A DNA stretch of 64,000 nucleotides from an uncultured Bacteriovorax sp. (GTDB taxonomy: Bacteria; Bdellovibrionota; Bacteriovoracia; Bacteriovoracales; Bacteriovoracaceae), in contig CAYWBR010000002.1 in the NCBI GenBank assembly GCA_964456675.1, positions 19,215-83,214 of the forward strand, written 5' to 3'. The position numbers and the translations under genes are program-made. The notes below the pieces were generated by a model. That model did no database searches. It saw only the letters and a list, made by a program, of their open reading frames with translations, and was not told where the DNA came from. Positions 46,255 to 56,121 of the stretch are shown here, in pieces (position 1 is the first letter of the stretch; each line of letters opens with the position of its first letter).

Positions 46255-46764
46255 TTACTCTTTAATAAATTGTATTTTTTCAATTCCGATGGGACCTAAA
46301 ACCCTCGATCGTTTGGCAATGAAATGCATGCGATTAAATTCTCCGGGACGTGTCTCCATTACTACGCGATCTGCTTCTACTGTAACTTCGAATTCATATA
46401 CTCTGCGCTCGCCACTTAAGGCTGAATACAGTGTATCTAATTTAATAATACCACCTCGATCGCGATTAAAATTTGAAGACTGAATTTTGACAATTTGATA
46501 CCGATCTTTTTCCAGTAAGACAATTCCTCTACCAAGACCGTTTTCATCCAAGGCTTTTCTCTCCACTCGCTGCCCATTCTCGTAAGCATCAGCATACATT
46601 GCCACTACATCGTTAGTAACATCATCACGATCGTACACTAATAAAGCGTAATTCCCATCTATGTCACTGGTAATCCGCGCCAGAGTCACTTCTTTGGCAA
46701 AAATACTAGAGCTTAAAGCTAAGGCCATAAAAAAACCAGATACACCTAAAATCATTTGTCGCAT
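46255..46764 (-). CDS. Secreted hypothetical protein
   Basis: Signal peptide ending IFA, a GGAGG SD and a beta-rich mature part. Confidence 0.75.
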   Translation of the reverse strand: MRQMILGVSGFFMALALSSSIFAKEVTLARITSDIDGNYALLVYDRDDVTNDVVAMYADAYENGQRVERKALDENGLGRGIVLLEKDRYQIVKIQSSNFNRDRGGIIKLDTLYSALSGERRVYEFEVTVEADRVVMETRPGEFNRMHFIAKRSRVLGPIGIEKIQFIKE

Positions 46765-46830
46765 GAACGTCCTCCATCAATAAATCTTTCTGATGAAGGC
46801 TTCTCGGCAAATTTTTCCGCAAAATGAGAA

Positions 46831-48117
46831 CTAACTGATTAGTTCACTCAACTCTTCGACATATTTAGATTTTCTCATCCCAACTAATACAAAATCAACA
46901 CCATAGCTAAAGTACGCATTAACGGCCTTAATCGATAAAGGACTATTTGAATCAGGTAGCAATCCTAATTCAATTGCTTGTTTAGAAAAACTCTTTGCTT
47001 TATTAGTCATATGAAGTCGAGCAAATTTATGAGAGTAATCTAGAAGCTCGTAAAAGGGTTTTGCTTCTTCTTTATTCAACCCGCTCCCTCCCCATAAACT
47101 CGCAAGAAACGGAAAAATATGTGCAAAGTAAACTTGATCAACGGCATCGTTAGTGGGAAGTTTTGCATAGAGATTTTTAAATTGCGAAATGAGATCAACA
47201 TCTTCTAAATTTTCATCCTCTGATTCTCTTAAACTATTCCATTTCTCTTGGATGATATCCATACAATATTTAAAATGTTCATGAGCTTTATTTTCATCAA
47301 AATTGACCAGATCAAAATGGTCATACTCACACAACCTAACCAATTCCCCACTTTCTTTGATTACATTAAAGGGTCTATTTGAAATGACAACTAACCCATG
47401 TGCATGTGCCATCTCTATTAAATTCATATTATTTTCCTGATATCTCTCAAGAGCATCTATCTCTAGAAGATTCAGAGGAAATTGTATGACTTTAAAGTGA
47501 TTGTCTTCTCCGACCTTCCGAGCTGCATTTAAAAGCATAGATAAACTCGTGGGATTTTCACCATTGGGATTTTTAGCAAGGGTATTTGAACTTACACCGT
47601 AATTTTTAATTTTTCCATCTTTAACTTTTTCTTCTAAAAACTCAAAGGCTTTTTGAATTCGCCTTGAATATTCTACAATATTTCCCTCTTCTTGATGAAC
47701 TGAATAAAAATATTCTGGATTGTGAAGTAAAAACGTATCAATGCATTTTACTTGCAACCTCTTGAGTGACATTTCTAATTGCGAAGCTAAAAAATCTGGA
47801 TGAATTGAATGCATAAGATCAGGTGTCATTTGTACTAGGTCGTTATGGGCCAAGCCTTTTGCGTGTAGAGCTTCTAGTACTTCAATATTTTTTCCTTGAA
47901 TGTAGCCTGCTTTAGTAACAAGAATTGGTCTGTTTTGTGACTCTAATAAATTAAGTTCTTTTAAGACCTCACCAATTAAAATTTCAGACTCTCCATCTGT
48001 ATAGTTACTAGATGTATCGATTAATTTTATCCCTTTCTGGATTGCCAGAATCAGTGCCTGTTTATGTTCTTTGGATCTATTTGTTATTCTGTAGCCACCA
48101 AATCCTAGATTTCCCAT
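46831..48117 (-). CDS. Aldo/keto reductase family protein
   Basis: LGFGGYR, IDTSSNY.DGESE, LLHNPE and IQFPLNL motifs. Confidence 0.88.
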   Translation of the reverse strand: MGNLGFGGYRITNRSKEHKQALILAIQKGIKLIDTSSNYTDGESEILIGEVLKELNLLESQNRPILVTKAGYIQGKNIEVLEALHAKGLAHNDLVQMTPDLMHSIHPDFLASQLEMSLKRLQVKCIDTFLLHNPEYFYSVHQEEGNIVEYSRRIQKAFEFLEEKVKDGKIKNYGVSSNTLAKNPNGENPTSLSMLLNAARKVGEDNHFKVIQFPLNLLEIDALERYQENNMNLIEMAHAHGLVVISNRPFNVIKESGELVRLCEYDHFDLVNFDENKAHEHFKYCMDIIQEKWNSLRESEDENLEDVDLISQFKNLYAKLPTNDAVDQVYFAHIFPFLASLWGGSGLNKEEAKPFYELLDYSHKFARLHMTNKAKSFSKQAIELGLLPDSNSPLSIKAVNAYFSYGVDFVLVGMRKSKYVEELSELIS

Positions 48118-48234
48118 ACCATTTCCCTATTTTTTAAATAATAACAGTAAATTTATATCATATCCGAGACAAAAACTCAGTTTTTATTTACAGCAAGACC
48201 TCTTTCTTCTCAATCACAACTCATAGCAAACTAC

Positions 48235-48261
48235 TAAGGTTTCCAAATAAAATTCCGATTA
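48235..48261 (+). promoter_or_regulatory. sigma28-like promoter
   Basis: TAAG-N15-TCCGATTA upstream of the PLD gene. Confidence 0.55.
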
Positions 48262-48312
48262 AACATAGGATTATTAAACTTATAAATGCCACTAGTAGGT
48301 GGCGAGAATTAC

Positions 48313-50316
48313 ATGCTAAAAACAATAAAAATAAATATTTTTAACTTTGCCTCGGTACTTATATTAAGTTTATTGGTTTCATGCTCAAGCACTCAACTAA
48401 TCTCAGATTTACCGGGCCAAGAATATAGTGACCATGTAAGTGGCAAAAAATTAGAGCGCGAACTTGCTAGTGTCGAAGACCATTCCTGTCAATTTATCAT
48501 CAGAAAAATTATTACTTCCAACTCGATAGAAGTTCAAAGAAAGTACAGCTACAAAAATATATCTTACACAGGTTATCGATTCAAACTTTTAAATGAGCTT
48601 GAAGCAAAATATAAACAAGTCGACTCTGTACTAGATTTTCCACAAACAAAAGAGCTTCCCATTGATGATGCAATTAAGGTCGTACGAACTCCAGAGGAAG
48701 GTCTGTTGGCAAAAGTAATGATGATTAGAAATGCCAAAAAATCCATTGATCTTACTTATTTTTTATTTGATCAATCTGAAGCATCTAAAGTCTTACTTCA
48801 CGAAATAAAAGAAGCGGCTCTAAGAGGTGTGAAGGTTAGAGTTTTGTATGATCCAATTGGATCAAAAATGGGAACCCCTACTCCACGAGTCGGAATACCT
48901 GATGACTTATTAACTTTAGTATCTTTTAAAGGAAGACCTATCGTCGATGAGCAAGGACTTGATACTGGCAAGAATGCCCAAATTGAAGTGGTTCAATTCA
49001 ATCCATCATTTACAATTAGTGATATTTTTAAAAAATGGTTTCACGCTATTAGAAACTTTGGCGTGCCAAGTGATAAGCGAGTTGCATTAGATAAAATGGC
49101 TTGGAATAACAGGATTCACGACAAAATTTTACTCATTGATGCTGAATCTCCAAAAGATACTCTTCTCATCACTGGTGGACGAAATTTGTCCGATCCTTAT
49201 TATCACTTAAATCATGCTTACGACAAACCAGGTACGATGCCAGTTCTTGATATTGAAGTAATAATTAAAGGCACTAGTGGTATTGATGGCGAAGGAAAAC
49301 TGCAAAATCCTATACTCGATCAATTTAACCGTATCTATTATGCAAGAGCAAATATCCACCTACGCGATATTTTTATGAAAATGAATGATGAGATTCTACA
49401 AAAGCTAGAAAAAGATCCTGCACTCGGAAAAAAAGAACTAAAAGATAAAATTCGTCTAGCAAGACAAGAACTAAGACAATTAAGAGAAGCAAATCGCGCA
49501 GTGCTTGGAATAAAAAACTCCACCGAAATTAGTGGCAAATTTGAAGAAAAATTTAAAAAAATGATAGACGAAGACTATCTTAATGAAGGTTTTGAAAACG
49601 CCACAATCAACGTTTTACACGAAGTCCATAATCTCACACATAATCGAAATTTATTTCGCCCAATTCTAGCTGTGTCTAAAAAAGAAAATCCAAATTCCAT
49701 AAGAGATCATATATTTGAACAATTCGCTAATGCTACAAAAACTATAGATATAGTAAGCCCATACTTTTGGATCGATAGTAAGGAAACAAAACAATTGGCC
49801 CAATGGCTAAGTGAAGATCCCACACGTAAACTTAGAATCATCTCAAACTCCATTCTTTCCACCGATAATATTATATCTCAAACAGTAGTTGAAAATGCCT
49901 TTGAAAGAATAGAAAAAATAATGAAAGCTGCAGGCGTCTGGGAACAGGTCGACCTACGAGTAATCGGAAAAGAGGATCATGAACTGCTAGTTCCAAATGG
50001 ACAAGTTTATGGATTTCTTCATGGAAAAGTATACATCACTGATAGAAAAAATGTTGTTGTTTCAACATCAAACCTCGACCCCATTTCTAGAGATATTAAT
50101 TCCGAGATTGGTGTCTCATTTAAATTTAAAGAAGAGGATTCTAAAAATTTAAAAGAGATGCTTGAATTTGTTGAATTTGCTCAATCTATATCAACCAATA
50201 TAGGCTCGCAAGAATATCAGCGCATGATAAGTAACCCAAAAATCAAAAATATGGTCAGGAAAACAAAAGCGGCTAAATGGATTGTCGAAAAGTTAGGTCT
50301 TTTACATTTATTATAA
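48313..50316 (+). CDS. Phospholipase D-superfamily lipoprotein
   Basis: Two HKD motifs (HDKILLID, HGKVYITD), GGRN, SNLD and an LVSC lipobox. Probable start is ATG 48313. Confidence 0.9.
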   Translation: MLKTIKINIFNFASVLILSLLVSCSSTQLISDLPGQEYSDHVSGKKLERELASVEDHSCQFIIRKIITSNSIEVQRKYSYKNISYTGYRFKLLNELEAKYKQVDSVLDFPQTKELPIDDAIKVVRTPEEGLLAKVMMIRNAKKSIDLTYFLFDQSEASKVLLHEIKEAALRGVKVRVLYDPIGSKMGTPTPRVGIPDDLLTLVSFKGRPIVDEQGLDTGKNAQIEVVQFNPSFTISDIFKKWFHAIRNFGVPSDKRVALDKMAWNNRIHDKILLIDAESPKDTLLITGGRNLSDPYYHLNHAYDKPGTMPVLDIEVIIKGTSGIDGEGKLQNPILDQFNRIYYARANIHLRDIFMKMNDEILQKLEKDPALGKKELKDKIRLARQELRQLREANRAVLGIKNSTEISGKFEEKFKKMIDEDYLNEGFENATINVLHEVHNLTHNRNLFRPILAVSKKENPNSIRDHIFEQFANATKTIDIVSPYFWIDSKETKQLAQWLSEDPTRKLRIISNSILSTDNIISQTVVENAFERIEKIMKAAGVWEQVDLRVIGKEDHELLVPNGQVYGFLHGKVYITDRKNVVVSTSNLDPISRDINSEIGVSFKFKEEDSKNLKEMLEFVEFAQSISTNIGSQEYQRMISNPKIKNMVRKTKAAKWIVEKLGLLHLL

Positions 50317-50347
50317 AAAAAGCGAAGAATAAATCTTCGCTTTTTTT
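50315..50347. terminator. Bidirectional intrinsic terminator
   Basis: AAAAAAAGCGAAGA-ATAAA-TCTTCGCTTTTTTT between convergent genes. Confidence 0.85.
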
Positions 50348-50365
50348 AATCTTTAATTATTACAA

Positions 50366-51250
50366 TTATAGCTTTTGAAGCTCTACGATATTTGTAATTC
50401 TTGTCACATCTTCGCCACGACATGAAGACTCTGAGCAAACATTAGTCACATAACAACCTTTACGTGAATCATACTTATAATCTGTATCACCACGAACCAA
50501 AATTCCTTCAACTTCATTTGTATCATAGTTAAAAACTGCAGAACCCGAGTTTCCACCATAAGAATCAGTTGTTGCTTGGAAATAAATTGCATTCGAATTA
50601 TTTCTAATCGATCCACCGGCTTCAACTTTTGTTGGAAGACCTGATGGGTGACCAATCATAACAAGACGAGATTTATTAGCCACTTTTCCACTACGTCTAA
50701 ATTTTAAAGGCGCTATGCCTGCTACAACTCGATCTAGTTTAATAAAAGCGTAATCGTTTTGGTCCCCTCGCTCTAATTTTCTAGAAATAATTTGTGAGCA
50801 TCTATACACGTTTGATTTTGAAACTTTGTAGTCAGCTTGATCTTGTGATTTAACATTATAGTCAAAAACCCAGGCATTACTATTACAGTCTGATTGAGAC
50901 TGTATACAATGTCCCGCTGTAACCAAGTACTGATCCCCAACTAAAAATCCCGAGCACATTGCAGCTGTTCTTTGATTTGAAAAGCGCTCACTGGCACACA
51001 TTCCATCACCCTGCAGTGTTGAGCCTGTAATTGTCACAGAGTCATCTGTGTTATTAATTGAAAGAGCATTTCCTGGAATCATAGCAGCAGTTGCTGCAGC
51101 TAATTTTAAATGATTCTGATCAACAACTTGGTAAATATCTAAACGATCATCTTGACCGTAGACGACTTTTGATTGCAGTTTCGCATTTACAGAAAACAGT
51201 GTGGCAATCGAGGTAAGAGCTACTATAGATTTTAAAATATTTGATTTCAT
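50366..51250 (-). CDS. Secreted trypsin-like serine protease
   Basis: Signal peptide and the TAGHC, NDYAFIKL and GGNSGSAV catalytic triad motifs. Confidence 0.93.
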   Translation of the reverse strand: MKSNILKSIVALTSIATLFSVNAKLQSKVVYGQDDRLDIYQVVDQNHLKLAAATAAMIPGNALSINNTDDSVTITGSTLQGDGMCASERFSNQRTAAMCSGFLVGDQYLVTAGHCIQSQSDCNSNAWVFDYNVKSQDQADYKVSKSNVYRCSQIISRKLERGDQNDYAFIKLDRVVAGIAPLKFRRSGKVANKSRLVMIGHPSGLPTKVEAGGSIRNNSNAIYFQATTDSYGGNSGSAVFNYDTNEVEGILVRGDTDYKYDSRKGCYVTNVCSESSCRGEDVTRITNIVELQKL

Positions 51251-51400
51251 TACTACCCTCCATGGTTAGATCTATATATGGTGATCCTAGAAATACCAGC
51301 TTTCAAGAACGTTTTTTAAATGCAATTATTTGTTAGAAGTGTATTAAAAGTGTCAGAAAATTGAGGGCCATTAAAATAGACCCTCAATAAGATTGTTAAA

Positions 51401-52654
51401 CTATTCTAAAACAAGTTCACCTTCAAAGGGATTCATGTACTGCTGAAAAAGTCTATTTTGATGATCTTTCTCACCCATTGACTCCAAATATCCATACAAA
51501 GCGCCTTCTGTCAGTCTTTGCTTCTCATAAAATGATTTAATAAAATTCGATGCTGTATCTTTCAAGTAAGCACTAAGCGGAACAAAACTTAACCCCAATT
51601 GCGCTAAATTCAAAAGTACGCGTTTTCTAGCAACGAGAGTTGGCCGATCAAAATTATACGCTACGGCCGGAGTGTTAAAAAACATTCCCTCTTTATCAAA
51701 AAGATTGATAGCTACTTTTTCGCCATTAAGAATAACTTTTTGGAAGGCATAGTTAACTCTTTCATCAATACTAGAATATTTGCCAGCATGGTCGCGCAGA
51801 ATAGAAGAAGCTAGACGAAAATTTTGATAAAATTTATTTATCCCGTATTTTGACCAATTAGATTTTGCAGCATCTGACTCAAAAAAATTCCACCAAACAA
51901 TGCGCGACTCATATACAGATGACCAAATCAAATCGACCTCTGTCTTTGTTAAACCAAGCTCTTCTGGCTTGTACATTTCTAAGTAATGAAGAAGCATATT
52001 TTGGTGAAAAGTTCTTCTTTCTGTAATAAGTTTTTCAACTTGAACCATCACATAGCTTGCCGTATTTAACATTGGAATATTTGATAATCTTTTTCTAGCG
52101 AAATCCAATCCCCACTTTACTACTTGGTAAGTTACATTTCTTTTGTAAAAATAAGATGAATCATTTGTCACTGCTAACATTGTTGGGTCTAGCTTAATTA
52201 AGACGTCGCTCATTTTATTTTCATACAAGGATACAACTTCTTTCATCATCGAGTTTTGAAAGATCGCTTCTACATCTAGCTTTCCTACTTGTTTCAAAGA
52301 AGCAATGACAATTCTTTGCTGACGTTCTAACTCTGGGTTTTGCACTAATGCTTCTGGGTTTTCTGCATTTAAAACGCTTAAAATTTCATCATCATAGCTC
52401 TTACCTGCTAGGCCATTTTGCTCAATTAAAGCTTTTTCTGCTTTAATCTGCTCCATTACCATTGATACATAAGGAGCAACTTGAAATTTCACCGGAATCG
52501 TACGATCTTTAACCCCTAACAATTGTCCGTTTTGATCGCGGATGATTTTAAATCTTTTTTGAAAATTTGCAGTACTTTCGGCCATAGCATTTGTTGCTAA
52601 TAAACAAAGTACCAAAAGGATTCCTCTAAGTGAGGACTTAGCTTTGAAGTTCAT
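51401..52654 (-). CDS. Secreted hypothetical protein
   Basis: Probable ATG 52654 after a GGAGG SD. Signal peptide ending AMA. Confidence 0.75.
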   Translation of the reverse strand: MNFKAKSSLRGILLVLCLLATNAMAESTANFQKRFKIIRDQNGQLLGVKDRTIPVKFQVAPYVSMVMEQIKAEKALIEQNGLAGKSYDDEILSVLNAENPEALVQNPELERQQRIVIASLKQVGKLDVEAIFQNSMMKEVVSLYENKMSDVLIKLDPTMLAVTNDSSYFYKRNVTYQVVKWGLDFARKRLSNIPMLNTASYVMVQVEKLITERRTFHQNMLLHYLEMYKPEELGLTKTEVDLIWSSVYESRIVWWNFFESDAAKSNWSKYGINKFYQNFRLASSILRDHAGKYSSIDERVNYAFQKVILNGEKVAINLFDKEGMFFNTPAVAYNFDRPTLVARKRVLLNLAQLGLSFVPLSAYLKDTASNFIKSFYEKQRLTEGALYGYLESMGEKDHQNRLFQQYMNPFEGELVLE

Positions 52655-52794
52655 CTTTTCCTCCATGAAAAAATGTGAAGTAAGTTCCATTATAATGAAC
52701 TTCTTAAAAATTTATCATGTGTAAGAAAAGATAAGAACTTTAATGACCGAGACAATGCGAAGCAATCGATTAAGGTAATGTTTTCACAGCTGAC

Positions 52795-53226
52795 TTAGAT
52801 ATCAAAATCACTATAAGACTGCCCTAACTCTTCATCAAGTGCCTTTATAAAGTAGCGACGGACAAAATATTGCCCAGCGCGAATGGTTTTAATAAACTCA
52901 TGTTCTTCTAGTTTTCTAAGTGCTGAATAAACATCTTCAATGGCAAGATGTAAAACTTTGGCCATTTCTGTATGGGACATCATAGGAGAAATCCCATGAT
53001 CACGATGAAGATTTGGATAACACCAAACTCTTCTATAAATATACATCAAAACTAAAATTTCAATACGCGAAAGTTTGTAATCAACAATCACTTGATCGAA
53101 AAATAAGTCAGGAATTTCAGCTAATGTTGGTTTTGCTTTATAGGTCTCATCGCCACCTTCATGGTGTGCTTCTTTCTGATTTCCCTTCGATCTGTGACTG
53201 TGCAAGATTGACTGTAAATCGACCAT
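52795..53226 (-). CDS. Winged helix-turn-helix protein (DnaD-N/replication-initiator-like)
   Basis: IP..FFD...LS..E..VL.YI.R and S..E.A..L....V..AL..LE...FI pattern. Confidence 0.6.
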   Translation of the reverse strand: MVDLQSILHSHRSKGNQKEAHHEGGDETYKAKPTLAEIPDLFFDQVIVDYKLSRIEILVLMYIYRRVWCYPNLHRDHGISPMMSHTEMAKVLHLAIEDVYSALRKLEEHEFIKTIRAGQYFVRRYFIKALDEELGQSYSDFDI

Positions 53227-53361
53227 GCCGCTAACCTCTACCCTTCGGGATTTTTGAGCTAGTTCGACCTTGAACTACTCTTCTTAATTTAAGGCTAGCA
53301 CACAACTAAATAAAAATCTATAGGGCATGAATGCAATGCTATTTCTGTCAAGAAAAACAAT

Positions 53362-53958
53362 CTAGGAATTTAAATCCTTACCCATTAAACATAGTTGAGT
53401 ATTTGAGTATTCTTTTATAATGGCATCAGTGAATCCCTGACGTTTATAGAATTCAAAATTTCTGGCAACAGGCTCTGTAATTAAGTGTAATCCCTTAATT
53501 TTTTTCAATCTTAGATCTGCTTCCACAGCAGTTAGAATCATGGCCCCAAGACCAATACCACGATAGTTTTCATGGGTATTCATATGTAAATGGGCTGGAT
53601 AAATTTCATATTCGTCTTTAAATACGCTTAAGCTTTTCACTTTTAGACGGGAAAGATTTGCTGCGGTATCAGGACAAACGCATAGGTAACATAGAAGATT
53701 TGATGCTTCATCAACCATAAAATAAAAATACTCAGGAAACCATTCTAAATAATCCCCACACCACTTCATAAAAAATTCTTCACGATCTTCAGTGGTCTTA
53801 AATGTTTTTACAGATGAGCTTTGATAAAAAATTTCTTTTAACTGAGGAATTAAAATCTTTTTAGCTTCAGCACCAAGCTGTGAATAGCGAACAACTGTAG
53901 TATTTAATTTCGGTCCTTCTTCTAAGTATTGGCGTGGATCTGGATTATTGCTCTCCAT
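53362..53958 (-). CDS. GNAT-family acetyltransferase
   Basis: AHLHMN..YRGIGLG and FYKRQGF motifs. Confidence 0.85.
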   Translation of the reverse strand: MESNNPDPRQYLEEGPKLNTTVVRYSQLGAEAKKILIPQLKEIFYQSSSVKTFKTTEDREEFFMKWCGDYLEWFPEYFYFMVDEASNLLCYLCVCPDTAANLSRLKVKSLSVFKDEYEIYPAHLHMNTHENYRGIGLGAMILTAVEADLRLKKIKGLHLITEPVARNFEFYKRQGFTDAIIKEYSNTQLCLMGKDLNS

Positions 53959-53968
53959 ATGATTTCCT

Positions 53969-55204
53969 TTATTTTGGAAGTGAGCGATGTAGAGTAAATA
54001 AAGATCTCCACTTCGCTGGCACTTTTTCTCGCTCTTCTTTTAAGCTTGTTGTTATGTTTGTTTCAATTGCTTTGTTTCTATTAAAGACATCCCATTCAAA
54101 TTGAAAATTCTCTGGGTAAAATGTTTTAAAAAATTCTTCATGGGTGGCCAAAAAGACAAGCCGCTTTTGTAACATCTTTAAATAAAAATGATAGGTTTCA
54201 TTTTGACCAAAATCAGTATTATCAAATGATTTAATTTTCCAAAGTGCTCTTACATTTAAAAGCGCTTTCATTTCTTTTTCATTTAACTCAAACATCGTTC
54301 TCGCAAATTCGACTTCATTTTTTTCTTCTTCTATATCTTTAAATTCCAGTCGTGATGTAAAATAAAAAAATTGGCCAATTTTTTTAAAATCTAATTTTTT
54401 TAAGAGTGTACTATACTCTTTATGGGAGTTTAAATCTTCAAGTAAGATATTTATCCTTGAAACTTTTTCAAAAAAACTAGGCTTTTCTGGATTGTTTTTC
54501 ATTGAGTTTATTAGCTCAATACCAAAATGCATGCTGCCATTTTTTCTCCATTCCTCTTTAAAGTAATGAAAACTTAATTTTTGAAGAGGCATTTTTTCTA
54601 GAAGAGTTTTTAAATCATTATCAAATTCATATTGAAACTTTGACTTAAAACGATAGGCCCGCAAAAATCGCACTGGATCTATCGGGAACAATTCACTTGA
54701 GACTGCTTTTAAGATTTTATGTTTTGCATCTTCAAGCCCATTAAATGGATCAATAATTAATCCTTCGCTAAGACTAATAAGCTTTATTCCAATGGCATTA
54801 ACCGTAAAGTCCCTTCTGATAAATGCTTTCTCATATGTTAAGTCTTTTACTAATTGTGCCCTAAAATAATGGTGGTGGTAAGGATCAATAATTTCTTCAA
54901 TCCGTGGTAGTGAGAACTCAATGGTGTGCCCATCAATATTAGTTAAACGAAAAACACCAAAAGGAAATTCCGTTAATTTAATCTCAACATGGGAAGATAT
55001 ATAAGTTGTTAATAATTTTTTAAAATCTTGAAATTCGATATTTCTAATTTCTATATCTAGATCAAAATTTTTTAGATTAAAAATTAATAAATCTCTACTG
55101 GCTCCGCCAACCATAGTTAAATCAATATTTTGATTTAATAAAAAGCTAATAACTTCATTTTCAAACTTATTAAAATATAAAGTTAAATCAATTCTTGTAT
55201 TCAT
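53969..55204 (-). CDS. cca: Class II tRNA nucleotidyltransferase (CCA/PAP family)
   Basis: VGGASRD, DLDIE, RRDFTVNAI, DPFNG and DPVRFLRAYRF motifs. Confidence 0.85.
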   Translation of the reverse strand: MNTRIDLTLYFNKFENEVISFLLNQNIDLTMVGGASRDLLIFNLKNFDLDIEIRNIEFQDFKKLLTTYISSHVEIKLTEFPFGVFRLTNIDGHTIEFSLPRIEEIIDPYHHHYFRAQLVKDLTYEKAFIRRDFTVNAIGIKLISLSEGLIIDPFNGLEDAKHKILKAVSSELFPIDPVRFLRAYRFKSKFQYEFDNDLKTLLEKMPLQKLSFHYFKEEWRKNGSMHFGIELINSMKNNPEKPSFFEKVSRINILLEDLNSHKEYSTLLKKLDFKKIGQFFYFTSRLEFKDIEEEKNEVEFARTMFELNEKEMKALLNVRALWKIKSFDNTDFGQNETYHFYLKMLQKRLVFLATHEEFFKTFYPENFQFEWDVFNRNKAIETNITTSLKEEREKVPAKWRSLFTLHRSLPK

Positions 55205-55206
55205 TC

Positions 55207-56112
55207 TTATAAATATTTTTCATCCTTACCATGCTGTAACAAGCGCTCTAAGGTGAGTTTGATTCTTTTTAAATCCTCGCCCTCTTTATGATAAACAACT
55301 GAAAGTCGGCCACTAAATACATCGTGATCGACTCCAAGTGTTCCTACTTTATCCTTAAAGTACGATCGATTTAAAACGTGGTCTGGGATAACGGCTATAC
55401 CCAATCCTTCTTGAACAGCTTGCAGCATGTGCCCATGAGAATTAATTACAAAGCGAACATTTACTTTAGTTGGAATTTTTTTAAAGCGATTTCTAAAATA
55501 CTTATAATAAAGATGATCTTCATTCTCAAAAAGAATCGTTGGAATTTTTGACAACTCTTCTACTGTAGTTTTCTCCGTAATCCCAAATGGGTTATCTTTA
55601 GGAAAAACCAAAGTCGCTTTTTCATCTAAAAAAGGAATTCTTTCACCGTGAATAATACGGTCATCTTCTGGTAAAATAAGAATATCGATCAAATTATTTT
55701 CAAAACGCTGGATTAAATCTGTTTCTGATCCCATTTTGAGCGTTAAGATAAGATCTGGATTAACCTTTGCCCAATCCAAAATTTCTTTGGCAAGCCATGT
55801 TTTTCCAATACCAGTTAAAGTTCCAATGCGAACCTTTCCACGCATTTCAACTTTATTTGCTTCAAGATCACTTAAAGTCTCACGCATTTCTTCTAAAAAA
55901 TGTGAAGCAAGCTCATAGAGTTTTTCACCTTCAGGTGTGAGGACAATATTTTTACCTGTTCTCTTAAATAATTTTAGATCTAATTTAGTTTCAAGATTTT
56001 TTATACTTTGAGAAATTGCAGATTGAGTGACATTTAAATCTTCTGCTGCTTTAGAAAAACTTTTTGCATTACTTACGGCCACTAGTGTTTGTAACTGAGA
56101 AGTCTCGATCAT
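55207..56112 (-). CDS. LysR-family transcriptional regulator
   Basis: SFSKAAEDLNVTQSAISQ.IK.LE..L...LF.R...LT.EG HTH motif. Confidence 0.95.
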   Translation of the reverse strand: MIETSQLQTLVAVSNAKSFSKAAEDLNVTQSAISQSIKNLETKLDLKLFKRTGKNIVLTPEGEKLYELASHFLEEMRETLSDLEANKVEMRGKVRIGTLTGIGKTWLAKEILDWAKVNPDLILTLKMGSETDLIQRFENNLIDILILPEDDRIIHGERIPFLDEKATLVFPKDNPFGITEKTTVEELSKIPTILFENEDHLYYKYFRNRFKKIPTKVNVRFVINSHGHMLQAVQEGLGIAVIPDHVLNRSYFKDKVGTLGVDHDVFSGRLSVVYHKEGEDLKRIKLTLERLLQHGKDEKYL

Positions 56113-56121
56113 AATATTTTC

